NCBI RefSeq assembly: GCF_009914755.1 | Contig: NC_060928.1 | Reading direction: 5' to 3' (one strand) | DNA: 64,000 nucleotides | Origin: the human T2T-CHM13v2.0 reference genome, Homo sapiens | The notes under the pieces: model-generated | Databases searched by the model: none | Seen by the model: only the letters and a program-made list of their open reading frames with translations | Told to the model about the DNA's origin: nothing | Shown here: positions 50,271 through 64,000 of the stretch, one piece after another | Numbering within the stretch: position 1 is the first letter of the stretch | Layout: each line of letters begins with the position of its first letter | Program-made: the position numbers and the translations under genes

Positions 50271-51539
50271 TTTAAGGATATACAGTTGTTCACATGGATG
50301 CCTATAAAACAAAATTAGGAGTGGAGGAGGCAGAATAAGGGAAATATAGAGCCATCAGATGATAATAACAAGGCAAAAGTTAGTATGAGACTGGGCCAAA
50401 AGAAGAAGAGAAATATGATTGGATAAAGTATTCCCATTGTTTTTTAAAAAATAAAACATACATTCTTCAGGAAAGACAATGTTTTTTTCTGGTCATTAGG
50501 TCTAAAGCATATTTCTTAGATAAATCTTATTAAGAGAGGCACACAAATTGTGTTCTTAAATTAAAGCAATGGTGGCTTTCCAGATGTTTGTAGTATTCCT
50601 GAGGGCATAAGGCTAGAATCTCAGTTCTGTTTGGGATTGGAGCATAGTCTCGTGGTTTAGCTTCTTGATAAAAATATTTAAACCAGAGATAAAATGTAGA
50701 ATATAAAACGCAGCCTTAGTTTCCCCTAATCGTGTTGCATTAATAGTAATACCTCCTAGTTAATTTGTTCTTGCATCCCTCCTGATCATACTGGAGTTAG
50801 TATTTTCAAAAGTCTCCCCAATTATAATTTGAGGCATCAGGCCAATTTCATATATGTTCACAAACAAGTTGACGAGCATTAATGGTCACACAAAATCAGC
50901 TGAGTTCTCTCTCTCTTGCTCTGTGCCCTCTTCCTAAGTCTTTTGACCTTGAAACTACTTGAGAGTTTGTACTGCAGCCATGATAGCCATTGCATTTCTC
51001 TTATCCACTATTAGCCATCTTGCTTAGGTACCAAATCAGGGTTGCTTGCAACTCATGTCTTAAATTATCCGTTGCAGAAGCAGTTTCTTCAGTTTACTTC
51101 TTCAGATGTTTTCCATAGGGTATATTAATGAGTCATAGGTCTAGGTCAGGAGACAGGTATGCTCCCTCCTCTCCTCTGAAACCTAGACTCCTTCCTCAAC
51201 CTTCACCTAAAAATAAGCTCATTCATACAAATGCATGAAGTCACCTGCCCCGTCAGTTCACCATCTATTCTCACACATGTCAGAGCCCCACAGTGAACCC
51301 ACTTTAGACTCAAATTGGGAACCAGTTATATCTTGAAGAATAAATTTGAATATTTTGATTCAATTAAATTGAATAAAATAATCTTGAAAAATAAACATGG
51401 TCTCCAAATGGTGGTCCATACATATAATTTTTTATACCATTAAAAGTATTTTGATTATTATTTGTTGAGAAAATTTCAGGCTAGAAAAGAGGAAAGGTTA
51501 TTCCTTGAAAAACCTAATGGATGGTGTCCTGAAAAACAT

Positions 51540-52330
<791 letters not shown>

Positions 52331-52677
52331 CTACCAGGATCACTCTGATGCTTATGAAATTACACAGTAGTCAGTTATTTGTGGGCAATGGTTAGATACC
52401 CGTGGCCCTTGCCTTTTTGTTCCTGGCCTCATGAACACCTGGAGGTATTCATTGTGTTATAAGCCCAATAATTTGTGCGTAGGTATCTTCAAACTTCAAT
52501 TATAAGTCTTTTGGGCTTTGTAATTCCTTCCTGTATGATATTTAAACAGAAAATTAATCAAGTCAAACATCATCTATCCCCTATTCTTTCTGAGACCTTT
52601 ATCTGTAACTCTGATCTCTCTTATGAGTTTTGGTTATGTTTATCCAATTATCTACTGGATATTTACACAGCAACATC

Positions 52678-53285
52678 TGTGGTGCATGTGGTGGTTTGGC
52701 GCTATCTCCATTCCAGCTTTCTTCTATTGGGTCTTCCTAAATTTCAGAGCCTGGAAAACTTAAAAAAGAAAAACATTGAAACAAAACAAAACACTACATT
52801 TTCCAGACTCCTTGTAGCTAGGCTTCTGGGTTCAAATGAGGTTCTGCCTACTAGATGCATTTGTGTGAGATTGGGCAGGAAGAAATGAGGAAGGCCATGG
52901 TCCAGCTGCTTTGGCATTGTGCTGTGACCAAGCATGGCCACTGATCCAGGCTGAGCTTTCTGCAGCACTGGAATGTGTCTACTCACTCACTCTGTGGCCG
53001 TGGAGAGCAGTTGTAGTGACAGCACTAGCTTCATGTGTGATTCTGGATCACAGTTATGGTGATGGATTTCTGAAGTCAAGAATTAGTGGCAGCCTCCTGA
53101 ATCCCCATCTCCTGGACAGGGTCTTATCAGCTTAGTAGTATTCTTCTGGATTTATTTCTAGAGATCCAGCTTAGAAGCCTCTCTCCTAGTGCTCCCAATT
53201 ATTTTTAAGTATTTAATTCCCTGTTTTAAATTATTTTCTGCTTAAATTAACTCAAGTGTTTTTGGCTGTAACTTGACTGATATAA
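52678..53285 (+). mobile_element. ERVL-class LTR (LTR41/LTR50-like)
   Basis: actacattttccagactccttgtagctagg...gttctgcctactagatgca...ttaattccctgttttaaatt...ctgcttaaa...tgactgatata. Confidence 0.55.
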
Positions 53286-53649
53286 CAGTCTATTGTCACT
53301 TAAAACTGAATTTGTTTATAACCAAACAATATTCATCTCTCTGAACTAGCTCTTACTTCTGATATCCTTAAGTATTATCACCCAAGGTTATCTTTTTTCC
53401 CTCCCCCATCTTTCTTTTTCATAGCCAATCAAATCCTTCAAAATGTCTCCTTTTATTGAACCTTCCTTCCTACTTTTCATACTAGCATCAAGACTAGACA
53501 TTACCACTCCTTTGGCCTGGAATATTTAAGAACTATCTTGCCCATTCTTCTCAACTCCATTTTCCTCTACTTTTTAATCTATCATGCCCCCAAATGTGAA
53601 ATTTACCTTCATAAAATATTGTTTTTATTATATTATTGCTGCTCAGTGA

Positions 53650-54031
53650 TGTCTTAGTCTGCTTGGGCTGCTATAACTAATCACCATAGATTGGGTAGCT
53701 TAGACAACAAATACTTATTTCTCACAATTCTGGAGGCTGGGAAGTTCAGGATCAAGGTATTGGCTGATTTGGTTCTTGGTGAGGGCCCTCTTCCTGGTTT
53801 GCAGATGGCTACCTTCTTGTATCCTAACATGGCAGAGAGAGAATGAGAGAGAGAGAGAGTGGAGAAGAGCTCTCGTGTCTCTTATAAACCATCATATCTC
53901 TTATAAACCATCACGAGGGCTCCACCCTCATTACTTAATTGCCTTTCAAAGGCCCCATCTCTAAATACCATTACATTGAGGATTAGGGCTTTAACTTGTG
54001 AATTTTTGGAGGACACATTGAGTCCATAGCA
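53650..54031 (-). mobile_element. MLT1A0-type MaLR LTR
   Basis: tgtcttagtctgcttgggctgctataac...ctggaggctgggaagttcaggatcaagg...ggccccatctctaaataccat...ggacacattgagtccatagca. Confidence 0.88.
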
Positions 54032-54291
54032 GTGCAAGAAATCTTAATTGATTTTTCTAAACTTTTAACCTTGCATTCTGTGTTTTCTAAAATTTTGTCC
54101 AACTTATTTTTAAGATGTATCTTCTTCTCAGGGGAGAAGCGGGTAATTTGTACACTCTACTATGTGAGAGGTATTATATTATATGCTTAAAGAATTTCAT
54201 TAAAACTTAATAGCAGTCCTTCACAATAAGTACTATTACCTCTATTTTCCAGGTGAGCAAACTGCAAATTAGGTAAGTTGAGAGCTTTTCT

Positions 54292-54468
54292 TTTCTTTTT
54301 TATATTATTTTTATAATACTTTTTACTATACTTTAAGTTCTAGGGTCATATGTACACAACGTGCAGGTTTGTTACATAGGTATACATGTGCCATGTTGGT
54401 TTGCAGCACCCATCAACTCGTCATTTACACTAGGTATTTCTCCTAATGCTATCCCTCCCCCAGCCCTC
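54292..54468 (-). mobile_element. Very short L1PA 3' end inserted in a MIR
   Basis: tatactttaagttctaggg...acaacgtgcaggtttgttacatagg...cctaatgctatccctccccc; cttttct on both flanks (54285, 54469). Confidence 0.9.
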
Positions 54469-55539
54469 CTTTTCTAATGTAACACAGCAAACTAGTGGTG
54501 GACTTAGGATACAAACCTACACTGAGTGGTTTCAACACTCAACGCAATGTATACATGTGTAAATTTCCTCCCAAAGTTGTTATGGTCTACTGAATATCTC
54601 TGGAACATGCACATTGCAACTGTTGGACCTGTGCTCTTACCTTTCTTTCTTCCCTGTTTCAATATAGAATTGTCTTTTCCTCCTATTCATCTTAAATTTT
54701 AAACCTCACTCCAAATAGTCTCTTCTCTATGAAGTCTAGTTTGAATTTTTCAGGTAATTTCTGAAATTCAAGTCCTTTATCATCTGGCTGATGTGAGTCT
54801 TATGAAATCTCATATGGGCATGTGATTTTTTTATTTAACTTATTTAACTTTTCATTGCATAAATCTTGGCTCTTCCAATAGTCATGGGGTTCCTTAGGGC
54901 AAGGATGGCATACTATAATTCTGCAACACTTCTATATACTTATAAAATGCAGTAGTATTTGCATTAATCTTGGAGCTAGCAAAACTAGTCCTCATGCCAC
55001 CACTTACTAGCCTTGAGACTTAGACAAGGCGATTAATTTTTTTCCCTCTAATTGTAAAATAGAGCTATAAAGGGATTCCCTCTCTTCGTCACAAAGGCAT
55101 TGGTTTTCAGCCTTTAAGATTGCAGTGAAAGCTACTGGCTTTCTCTGGCAAGCAAATGCGCTTGTGCACAAATATACAAACAATTGAAGGAATTTCTGTA
55201 CCTCTTGAAGTCATTCATAAACCTAGGTTAATATTTGCCTTCATAGGATTATCATGAGGATCAGATAAAATATTTCATGGAAAAGCTCTACATAAACTTA
55301 TGAAATGCTATATGAAGTAAGATGACACTCAACTAAGGATTAAGTGAATAAATGAATGAAAGGAATTTAAGACTGGTAGAGATCTTCAGAATTCACCAAG
55401 TTTATCCTTTCTGTTTTCAAGAATGTTTCTCTTGAAACTAGTTTAGATGATTATTACAGAGAACTCGAGAGAAGAATACCTGCAACTCAGACTTACTATA
55501 ATAGACCATGGTCAAAAATTTCTTTCTTGGGTAAAAATT

Positions 55540-56250
55540 AGCATATCTTCATAAGAGATGTCCAGTGAACATGTGAAAAAAATTGCACACTGATAAAGTA
55601 ATGCAAATTAAAACAGTGAAATATTCTTCACGTATCACATAGTAATTAGTAAACAGAGTAATCATTGTGCTGGGGAAAAAAACGGTATTCTCATATGTTG
55701 TTAATGGAGTAACATTGGTTTAAGTTTTCTGGAGGACAATTTTGTAGTAAGTTAAAAGAAGCTTATAATTCCTTACCTATTTAGTAAGCAGTTCTATGTT
55801 TAGAAATCTCCTCTGTGATGCACCCCAAATCTCCACTTATAAAAAAGTGCTGACATATTTTACAAGGGTGTTATTGAAGCACTGTTTATAAATATCAAAA
55901 ATTGAAGACAATGTAACTATTGAATTAGTTAACTAAATTTCAGCATATTCATGTGAGGGAATACTATGTAGCCTTTTAAATATTATTGTAGAATAGTCAA
56001 TAATGTAGAGAAATATTCATAGTAATTTGCTATAAAAATAAAATGTATAAAATTATATGTAGAGTACAGAAAAAAGAGTATGTTTTATGCATAAAAAACA
56101 AACCCAGAGAGGACATTTACCAATATGATAATAATGGTTATCTTTGGGTGAAGAGAATGGGAGTTTGTAATTTTATTCTTTGTTCATTTGTGATTTTACC
56201 TTTTAAAAGATTAGGCATACATCAATTTTATAATAAAAATCAAGTTGTTA
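55540..56250 (+). mobile_element. Old L1 (L1ME-like) 3' region
   Basis: aatgcaaattaaaac...ttttctggaggacaattt...aatactatgtagcc...atggttatctttgggtg. Confidence 0.65.
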
Positions 56251-56352
56251 AAATGATGGTTACATCTAATCTCAATTCCTCTTGCTTTTTTTTTTTTTTT
56301 TAACATTTCAAGGAAATGGAGTACAGTTGATGATCATCTTCCATATAGAACA

Positions 56353-56392
56353 CCAACATAATTTTTGATATTCCAACATAATTTTTGATATT
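56353..56392. repeat. Perfect 20-bp tandem duplication
   Basis: ccaacataatttttgatatt x2. Confidence 0.95.
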
Positions 56393-58797
56393 TAAAAAAT
56401 TATTTCATATGTGGAGCCAGTTATAACCAATGAAAGTTTATTTTTTCCTCCTAATTTATATCTTACTTGTCTTTCATTGACCATCTTTTGGTATAGTAGT
56501 ATAGTACCCAAAATATTCATTTGAAGTCATTAACCTCTCTTTTTCATTTTTAAAATTTCTTTTACATTAATCTAGGAGGGAGATAAGATTCTTTTCCTAA
56601 ACTTTTTCCTAATAAAAATTATAAAATTTTTATTGTGCAGAGGGGTTGAGGTAATCAGTGGCATACTGTAGAATAAAAAGTAATTGAGATTTAGAATCCG
56701 AAACCCTGGCTTGGCATTCCAGCTCAGTCTTTTAGTAGTTATATACACTTTTTAAGAGTGTTTAAATCTCCCTCAAACTTAGTTTTTTAAATCTGTAAAT
56801 GAAAATAATGACACATGCATATATACATTCACACCTAATTGAATCAAAAGGTTGTGTTAATGGCCAAATGAGATAGCATATTTGGGAGAGCTTTACAAAC
56901 CTCAAAGTCCTCTACAGATCTCGTTGAATTTGTTCTCTTATCGAGCATTGGTAAAGGAATGCAGATACATGAGGAGAAGGAGGTGCTTCGGAGAAGCAGA
57001 GAAACCACTGTCTTCCTGAAGCCTCAGAAGTATGGATGGATGATGTTAGTATACACCACGGTGTGGTGATGTCATGGCTTCCTATTCACTTCTACTGCCT
57101 TTGCCCTTCCTAACATCGATGTCTCTATTAAACACTCAATTAAGTATGCTGAGAGAAAACTTTCACTTTTTAAGCAGCCTATATGGGCATGGGTTTACTT
57201 TTTACCATCTCTGAAAATTGACATATGGCTAAATCATTTCACCTCTGGTGGCAAAGATATATTGGGCTACATGCTCCTCTAATGTGAGAAAGGCAAATCC
57301 AATTTAATAGAGGAGGGAAAGAAAGGAATGGTGATAAATTCCTACATAAGTGGCTCATGTTGGCATGAGATTATCTACTATCCTCTTATTTGTCAAGTTA
57401 AAAAATTTGAGATTCAGGGAGTTGGAGTCACTTTCCACCACACAGTTTGTGGCAGAATCAAGACTCAAGTTTAGGTCTTCAGAACAAAACTCAGTACATC
57501 ATGTCCTTGTTGTCTTCTGGGCTCCATTTCTGAGACTCACCAATAGCTTCAAGACCAAGGTAGACAATTTGCTATTTCATACGTTACTTAGAAAATGTCA
57601 TCAATCCTTTTGTGTGGGGATAAGTGGAAATGTCAAACAATCTTAAATTGGCAGACTTTCCCATAATTACACAAGTTAAAGTGATCATGACCTAATGAAA
57701 ATACTCCTTGGGTCCTATCAGTTGATTTTGAGACTCAGTAATCAATTACATATGCTGGTGATTTTGCTTTCTAGTGGCCAGATATATCTGATTCTGTTTA
57801 TTTAGTGGTCTTAGTGTAGGAAGATGAATCTGAATCTGGGATTGCCATTTTGAATTTTTCCTCTAACCCTCACTCTAGATTTTACAAGGGGGATTTTCTT
57901 TCCTTTTTTGGATTGCAGATGTGAGTGTGTTAAAGTTTCTAGGGACAGAAAAGATAAGTGGCTGCTGCTTTGTTTTCTCTTGCTTCCTCTATATATGAAA
58001 CCATTCCAATAGATCTGCAGGAAGAGATTTAGTTGCAGATGGCAGAGGTCAGTGTCTTGTGTATTCAATGTAGTCAATAATAAAGTCAGGACTTATGCTA
58101 CCTGAATGTTAATAAGGAAGCACAAGGACCTTGGAAAGTCATTATGTCTGGTCATTTGCTTCATAATATTACTCCAACAGGCTCAGGAGGCCAATGCAAG
58201 GAGATTTTTAAACAAGTAACAAGAAAAGGCCAGAAAAATAAGGAAACAATTGAAATGTTGCAGAAATTGTAAGGTTCATGTAATATACTACAGCTCGGCA
58301 GAAGGAGAATTTTAAAATGTAGTTTATGTGTAGCAGAGGGAATAGTATTATTTCTTATTGAAGGAAATTTGGTCCTTATCCAAATGTACATGTTATGTTT
58401 TTCTTGTCTAAATACTATGATTCCTTCTTAATATGTATAATGGGCTTCTACAGGCACTAATTACAGGTACTTCAAATGAAGTTAGTTACATAAAACTAGT
58501 AACTTTCTTCATGGGAGAATATTTATGCATCACTGCATTTGCATAGGTAGGGAGGAAGAAACTTAGATTGAGTGACTGGTATAGGAAAAGTAAATAAATG
58601 TAAACCAGCATCTGTCTCTTATTCTCTGTGTTTTCATCTCAAATTTCATTTCTTCCCAGTATGAAGATTAACACTGTATCTATGCATTTAGTCCAGGCTT
58701 GGGTTTTACCCTTTGTTTCTTTTCTAATTCTTCTTTCTTTATCCTCAATGGACATTTATTTCCATAAAGCTAAGAAGGAAGCCACAGTGGTGCAAGC

Positions 58798-58800
<3 letters not shown>

Positions 58801-58850
<50 letters not shown>
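58801..58850. repeat. (AC)25 microsatellite
   Basis: Direct reading. Confidence 0.97.
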
Positions 58851-58856
<6 letters not shown>

Positions 58857-59099
58857 TGTCATTATACAATGGTAAGGACCAGAGAAGTACTATCCATTGC
58901 AGCGTTTGCAAGGAGAAAACATCCCAGTTCCTCAGATGAGGCAGGAGCACAGCATGATATTTTGTTCCTACTAATTTGTAAGTCCTAGGAGATCTTCACT
59001 TTATCAAAGGCTGCCTATCACCTAATGTGAAAAAAGAATCATAAAATGTTAGATTTTAAAGTAACTTAATATTTCTACTACCTCCTCTTGTTTTTATAT

Positions 59100-59560
59100 A
59101 TCTATCCATCCATGCATCCATCCATTTATTCAATGTTTCTAGAACCTCTGTACTAGAACTGCAGATTTGAAAATGCAGCTCTTGAGAACCGCATTGTCTA
59201 GTGAGAGTACAGACATAACAACGTTAGAAATATGGTAACTCCTATGTCAATAGCTACACATACAAAGTGGTCTAGAAGCACAGAGGAAAAAGTAGCTTAA
59301 ACTCAGAGTTCCGAGAAGTGACATTTGAAGTAGATTACAAAGGGTAATGGGTTAAAGGCATGAGAATAAGGACAATTAAGGAAATCATAAAGGGAGAGAT
59401 ATGGAGACATGTTTGGATAATGATGAACAGAAGTGAGAGGCTTGGCAGTTGTGTGGAATGGAAGTGGAGGCTGAAAATGTTCTCCTGAGCCACATGGTGC
59501 AGGCCTTGTTTGCCTGGCTATGGTGAAGATAACCTGAAGACTAGAGCCATTGAGTGTTTC
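59100..59560 (-). mobile_element. L2 fragment
   Basis: catccatttattcaatg...gtctagtgagag...gagaagtgacatttgaag...tagagccattgag. Confidence 0.6.
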
Positions 59561-59749
59561 ATGATGTCTTGCAGAAGGTAATGGTGGAACCATGATGAGA
59601 CTTAAGGTCTTATCTTCCATAAAGTTCTCTTTAACAAAGGATCAAATCTTGTTACCTCATTTTAGCAGAAAGGGTGGAAATAGTCAAACTCAAGTTCCTT
59701 CTATTCTTCTAGAAAATCCATGCCTAAAATTCCCACACACATGCACATA

Positions 59750-62200
59750 GATATAAAAAAAATCCAAAACAAGTGTAGAGCTTAATGAATTATTTTGAGC
59801 CAATGATCATTGTAACCACTGTTCAGGCCAAGAAACAGAATATTTCCAGTCACTACAGAAGTTCCTTTAGGTACCTGATCCTAATTACAATGTCCTCTCT
59901 TACTTTCTGTTAGTCCCTATTTTTACTTACTTGAATTTCCTTATGGTTTATTACTCAAGTATCAGTCCTTGGATACTACAGTTTAATCTTGCCCATTCCT
60001 TTTTAACTTGACGTCTCTTTTAAGTCCTGTTTATCCTATAGGCCCCCTTCACCCTTTCACTTTCTCATAACTTACCTGTTGAAGGACTTGGGTTACTTAG
60101 CTGCAGAGTTACCTGCAGTCTAGATTTTGCTAATGGCACACTCAAGGGACAATTTAATAACTTACTCTACCACTTTGATTTCCTAAACGTTGTCAGCTGC
60201 ATCTCAGGCTTGATCCCTTTGGTTTTGTGTCACTTCACTGAGAGACATATCAAATCTGGTTTTTGTTTCTTTGTGATGTCAGCGGCTGTTAAGTCTCAAT
60301 ACTTAAATGTATTCCTTCACTGGGGGCTAAAAAAGAGTGTTTTTCTATCATTTTGTTTTTTCTTATTCGCTGAAGAAGATTTTAAAGGAGGTGAGTCCCC
60401 TTATCTATCATTTGTTTATCTAGTGACAGACTGCTGTCTTTTTACTTAATTTAAGATCAATTGGTTCATATGAACTCATGGATTTCAAACATAATTTAAA
60501 TGTATTTCTTGGTTTTCAATCTGTTGGACTGCTTATCCTTATTCGAGTTTACATTGTTTCATCTTTGGCCAGTGAGATCCTGAGGAATTGATTTCTGAGA
60601 CCTTTTGCCATGACCCTAGTAATCTTACATGGACTCTTTGCTATCCATTTGATATGTCAAGATGTTTCAGGGTCATCTTGTACATTTTCTGATGCTGACC
60701 TGAAAACAGCTATATTTTGAAAAGCTCTGCTGCTTGATTGTTTTTTTTTATAGAGATGGTTTTTCAAAACCACAGCCTAAGTACGAGAGAGCCTTATTTC
60801 TACTTGGTTGATCATTGTTTCTTGGCCTTTTCAGTGGACAGAGCTAGGACACACACATACGCACTTTATAATATGAATAATATATGCATTATATATTGTA
60901 TTATGTAAATACAAAAATATAAAATATTACTGAAATAAATATTTTTAGTGTAAACACACAAAATACTTATAAATTCATACCAATATTTCCAATTTATATT
61001 TAAGCTTAGTGTGCTTTAATTTATCTGGATCTATATTATATCCTTGTCTTCTGAATTCTGCACCAAGAATTTTAGTTCTCAAGGGCACAGGAGTAATAGA
61101 ATTAGGAAACCCCATAATTATTTGTTTTCCTTTTGTATACATACAATAGGGTGAGAACAACAATACTAATACTACCATTGCCAATTCTAAAAAAACTGAA
61201 AACAGGTTATCATTTGTTTTATATATGTTAGTCCTGTACTCCCCACAGTTTTTAATAATTTTACTGGATTTGTATTATTAGATCACATAGCCATTACATA
61301 CTATAATTTCTCCCGTTTAATCCTCACTTAATTCTATAAATTGCTACATACTTAATGTTTTTCACCAGTCTCTACTGATCTTGGTTGTTTGAAGCTTGTT
61401 CTGTAGTAGATTCCTTGAGAAGTACTCGTGAGGAGAATAGAAACTGAACTATTATCGCTTGCTGTCTGTCTCCTGTATATTTGAATGTTAGTTTTTCTGA
61501 ATATAAAATATTTGGTGCACTTTTTTTCTTGAGTGTTTTAAATCAGTTATTCAGTTTTCTTTTGGGATAAACTGTTGTTGAAAAGTCTAATGACAGACTA
61601 ATAATCCAATCAATTATGTAAGTCATATGTTCTTTAGTCCAGATTCCAAAAGAATTTTTTCTTTAAATTCCTGTTCTTTTACAAGAATATTTATTTCTTG
61701 CTTTTTGTTATTCTGGGTTTATATTTTCAAGTATATATTGTACATTTTCAATATGTAGTTTCAAGTCTTTTTTATTTCAGAAATTTGTTTTTGAATTATA
61801 TTCTTGAGAATTTGTTTTAGTGCTTATCAATACTGGTTTTCTTCTTCAGGTATTCATATTATCCGTGTGTTGGGTCTTCTTAACTGCTTCAATATTTCTC
61901 TCTTTTCCCACATCATTTTCATCTCTTTCTTCATTTGCTTTTGATGTTTAATTTTTTTCTCCTTTTTTCTTCTATTTATTTCAAAGTATTGTTATTTACT
62001 CATTTTCTTTTAATTAAGTCTTCACTTTTAAAATAATTGTTTCTTAATTTCTAATTATTTCTTGAGTGTTATCTCAGTCAATTATTCTAATTTTGATTTA
62101 TGTTACTGTCATATTGTATTACTTTCTTAATGACTTTAAATCATTTTGAAGTATTATGTTACAGTTTTGATTGCTTTTTGAAATTTTTTTTCTGGCATGC
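59750..62200 (-). mobile_element. Old L1 (L1MC/L1ME-like) fragments
   Basis: tgtaaccactgttcaggccaagaaacagaatatttccag...; catctttggccagtgag...ccttttgccatgaccctagta...; T-rich ORF1/5'-type sequence from about 61400. Confidence 0.6.
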
Positions 62201-62215
62201 TTTTCTTTTCTATAG

Positions 62216-62405
62216 TTGTGCTATGCAATATAGTACCAACTAGCCTCATATAGCTATTTACATTTTAATTAGTTAAAATTTAATAAAGTTAAAATTTGGT
62301 TCCCTGGGCTCATTAGTCAATAGTCACATGTGTCTAGGAGCCACTATGTTGGATGGCACAGATATAGAACATTTCCATCACCAGGAAAAGTTCTATTGGG
62401 CAGAC
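62216..62405 (-). mobile_element. MER3 (hAT-Charlie MITE)
   Basis: cacagatatagaacatttccatcaccaggaaaagttctattggg is the reverse complement of the MER3 5' end. Confidence 0.8.
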
Positions 62406-62724
62406 CTGAACTATAAGGATGTTATTCTGTTTCTTATTTATCTTTTCTCTTATAGTAACTATCTAAGATATAGACTTCAATACATTCCTGCTGCTCATTT
62501 TCATGTTAATTTAGTTTTTTGAGAATGTTAGAAGGAGCCTTGGTTCAGATAGCTGTGCAACTTTATAGAACTCCCTCTTCTCCTTTTGTTTGTTTGCTTA
62601 TTTTTATGTTGTGCCAAGAAGCATGACAGCTTGATTTCTGAGATTTCTTGCTAATTTTCTAGATCAGAAACATTTCTTTTCTTTGTCTTTTTTTTTGTCC
62701 ATATCTTGCTTAACTTTTAAAAAA

Positions 62725-63010
62725 TTGTATTTATTTATTTTTTAAAGAAGGGGTCTTACTCTGTTGTCTACAGTAGTGCAGTCATAGCTCATTGCAGCCT
62801 CAAAACCCTGGGCTCAAGAGATTCTCTCACTTCAGCCCCTGAGTAGATGGGACAGTAGGCATGTGCCACTATGTCTGGCTATTTTTTTTTCTTTTAATTT
62901 TTTTAGAGACTGGGTATTACTATGCATCTCAGGCTGGTCTCGAATTCCTCACTTTAAGCAATTCTCCTGCCTTAGCCAGGATTACAGGCACCACCCACCA
63001 TGCCTGACCT
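62725..63010 (-). mobile_element. Diverged AluJ
   Basis: gggtcttactctgttg...catagctcattgcagcctcaa...ctgggctcaag...aggctggtctcgaattcct...ggattacaggc. Confidence 0.85.
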
Positions 63011-63966
63011 GCTTCATTTTGATCCCACTGTCACCATTTCTCCTCGGTATGAGTCCCCATCCTAAAAGACACACCTGGCTGGTCAGTTTCCAGTGTGCAC
63101 AGTGGCTAGACTGCTCCAGCTCTTTTAGGTATTTACTTATGTCCTTTGTACACACATGATATTAGATTGAGCAAAACTGTCCCAGTGTCATCTCCTATTC
63201 TCAAATTGGCTTGCCAAGATTTCTAGTAATATCTGCTGGCTATTTTGAGGCTCTCCTATTCTTAGTCCATAGACCTGTATTGTTTTTCTTTGCTTTTTCC
63301 TGCACTGATGTTGGCAGTATGAACATCTTGTGGCTGCTGGTGGCTTTTCCACCTTATGTGATTTTGGGGATTCACACCATGTGGATACCTTGCCATCTAG
63401 TTTTATTGTAAATGTGATCTATGTGTTTTCGATCTGGCTATCTAGTTGCTCTGACTGTTATAATGGGATACATCAATGGGATACATATATGGTCAGATCC
63501 ATGGACCAATTCCTTTGAAGAATACATTATTTAAAAATCTTCATAAACTTCTCTTCACGGTTACCTTGCTTTAGTTTGAGCAAAGTACTAGGTTTCCATC
63601 AGGATTTGACTTGAGGTAAAAGGTTGTTATAGACCATGCAGCTGTTCCCTCTTTCAGATGTTCTCCACCTTATTTATTCTGGGTGGGGCTCACAATGGCT
63701 GAGTTTTTATTGCATTTGAAACTACATTGTAAGACATTTTTCTGCCCATATTATGTCTACTGGAAACACTTAGTGTATGTTGCTTAGTTGGCTAGCTGCC
63801 GAATTTTTGCACTTCCTTCTTGTTGTTTGGAACATCAAGATGTATCTGAGACTTATTTAAGTGGGAACCTTGGTTCGATATATATTTGTGTGTGTATACA
63901 TATTTGTGCATATGCAGTAACTCTTTGTAAAAGTTCAGTGTTGAAGTATCTTCATAGATCTTCTAA

Positions 63967-64000
63967 CAAGGTTTTTCATCTTGGCACTATTGGCATTTTG
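63967..64000 (-). mobile_element. MER20 end, cut by the window edge
   Basis: caaggtttttcatcttggcactattggcattttg resembles the reverse complement of the MER20 3' terminus. Confidence 0.55.

Noticed and set aside
49977-50318. Three overlapping F/L/S-rich ORFs
   Set aside because: Artefact of the polypyrimidine tract, which lacks stop codons
58628-58950. ORFs with HTHTHT / VCVCVC runs (also 43031, 20441)
   Set aside because: Translations of (CA)n microsatellites

Overview
AT-rich, CpG-depleted primate genomic DNA, most likely human or another ape (AluY, LTR7Y/HERV-H solo LTR, THE1C, L1PA). It reads as intronic or intergenic sequence. Much of it is layered interspersed repeats (Alu, L1, L2, MIR, MaLR/ERV LTRs, hAT-Charlie and Tigger DNA transposons). 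I recognise no intact protein-coding gene, and nearly all ORFs in the track are repeat-derived or chance. I found no convincing new multi-component system. The best unexplained signals are: a near-perfect 68-nt pre-miRNA-sized hairpin (25113-25180); a textbook 6-nt microexon (28976-28981); a chain of + strand exon-like segments that can splice into small ORFs (37833-45241); a protein-like decayed reading frame with a perfect splice donor on the - strand (12499-13488); an intact LTR7Y solo LTR next to a perfect octamer; and a truncated L1PA carrying an apparent short 3' transduction. Repeat subfamily calls are by eye from remembered consensus sequences. Boundaries are approximate unless a TSD is quoted.
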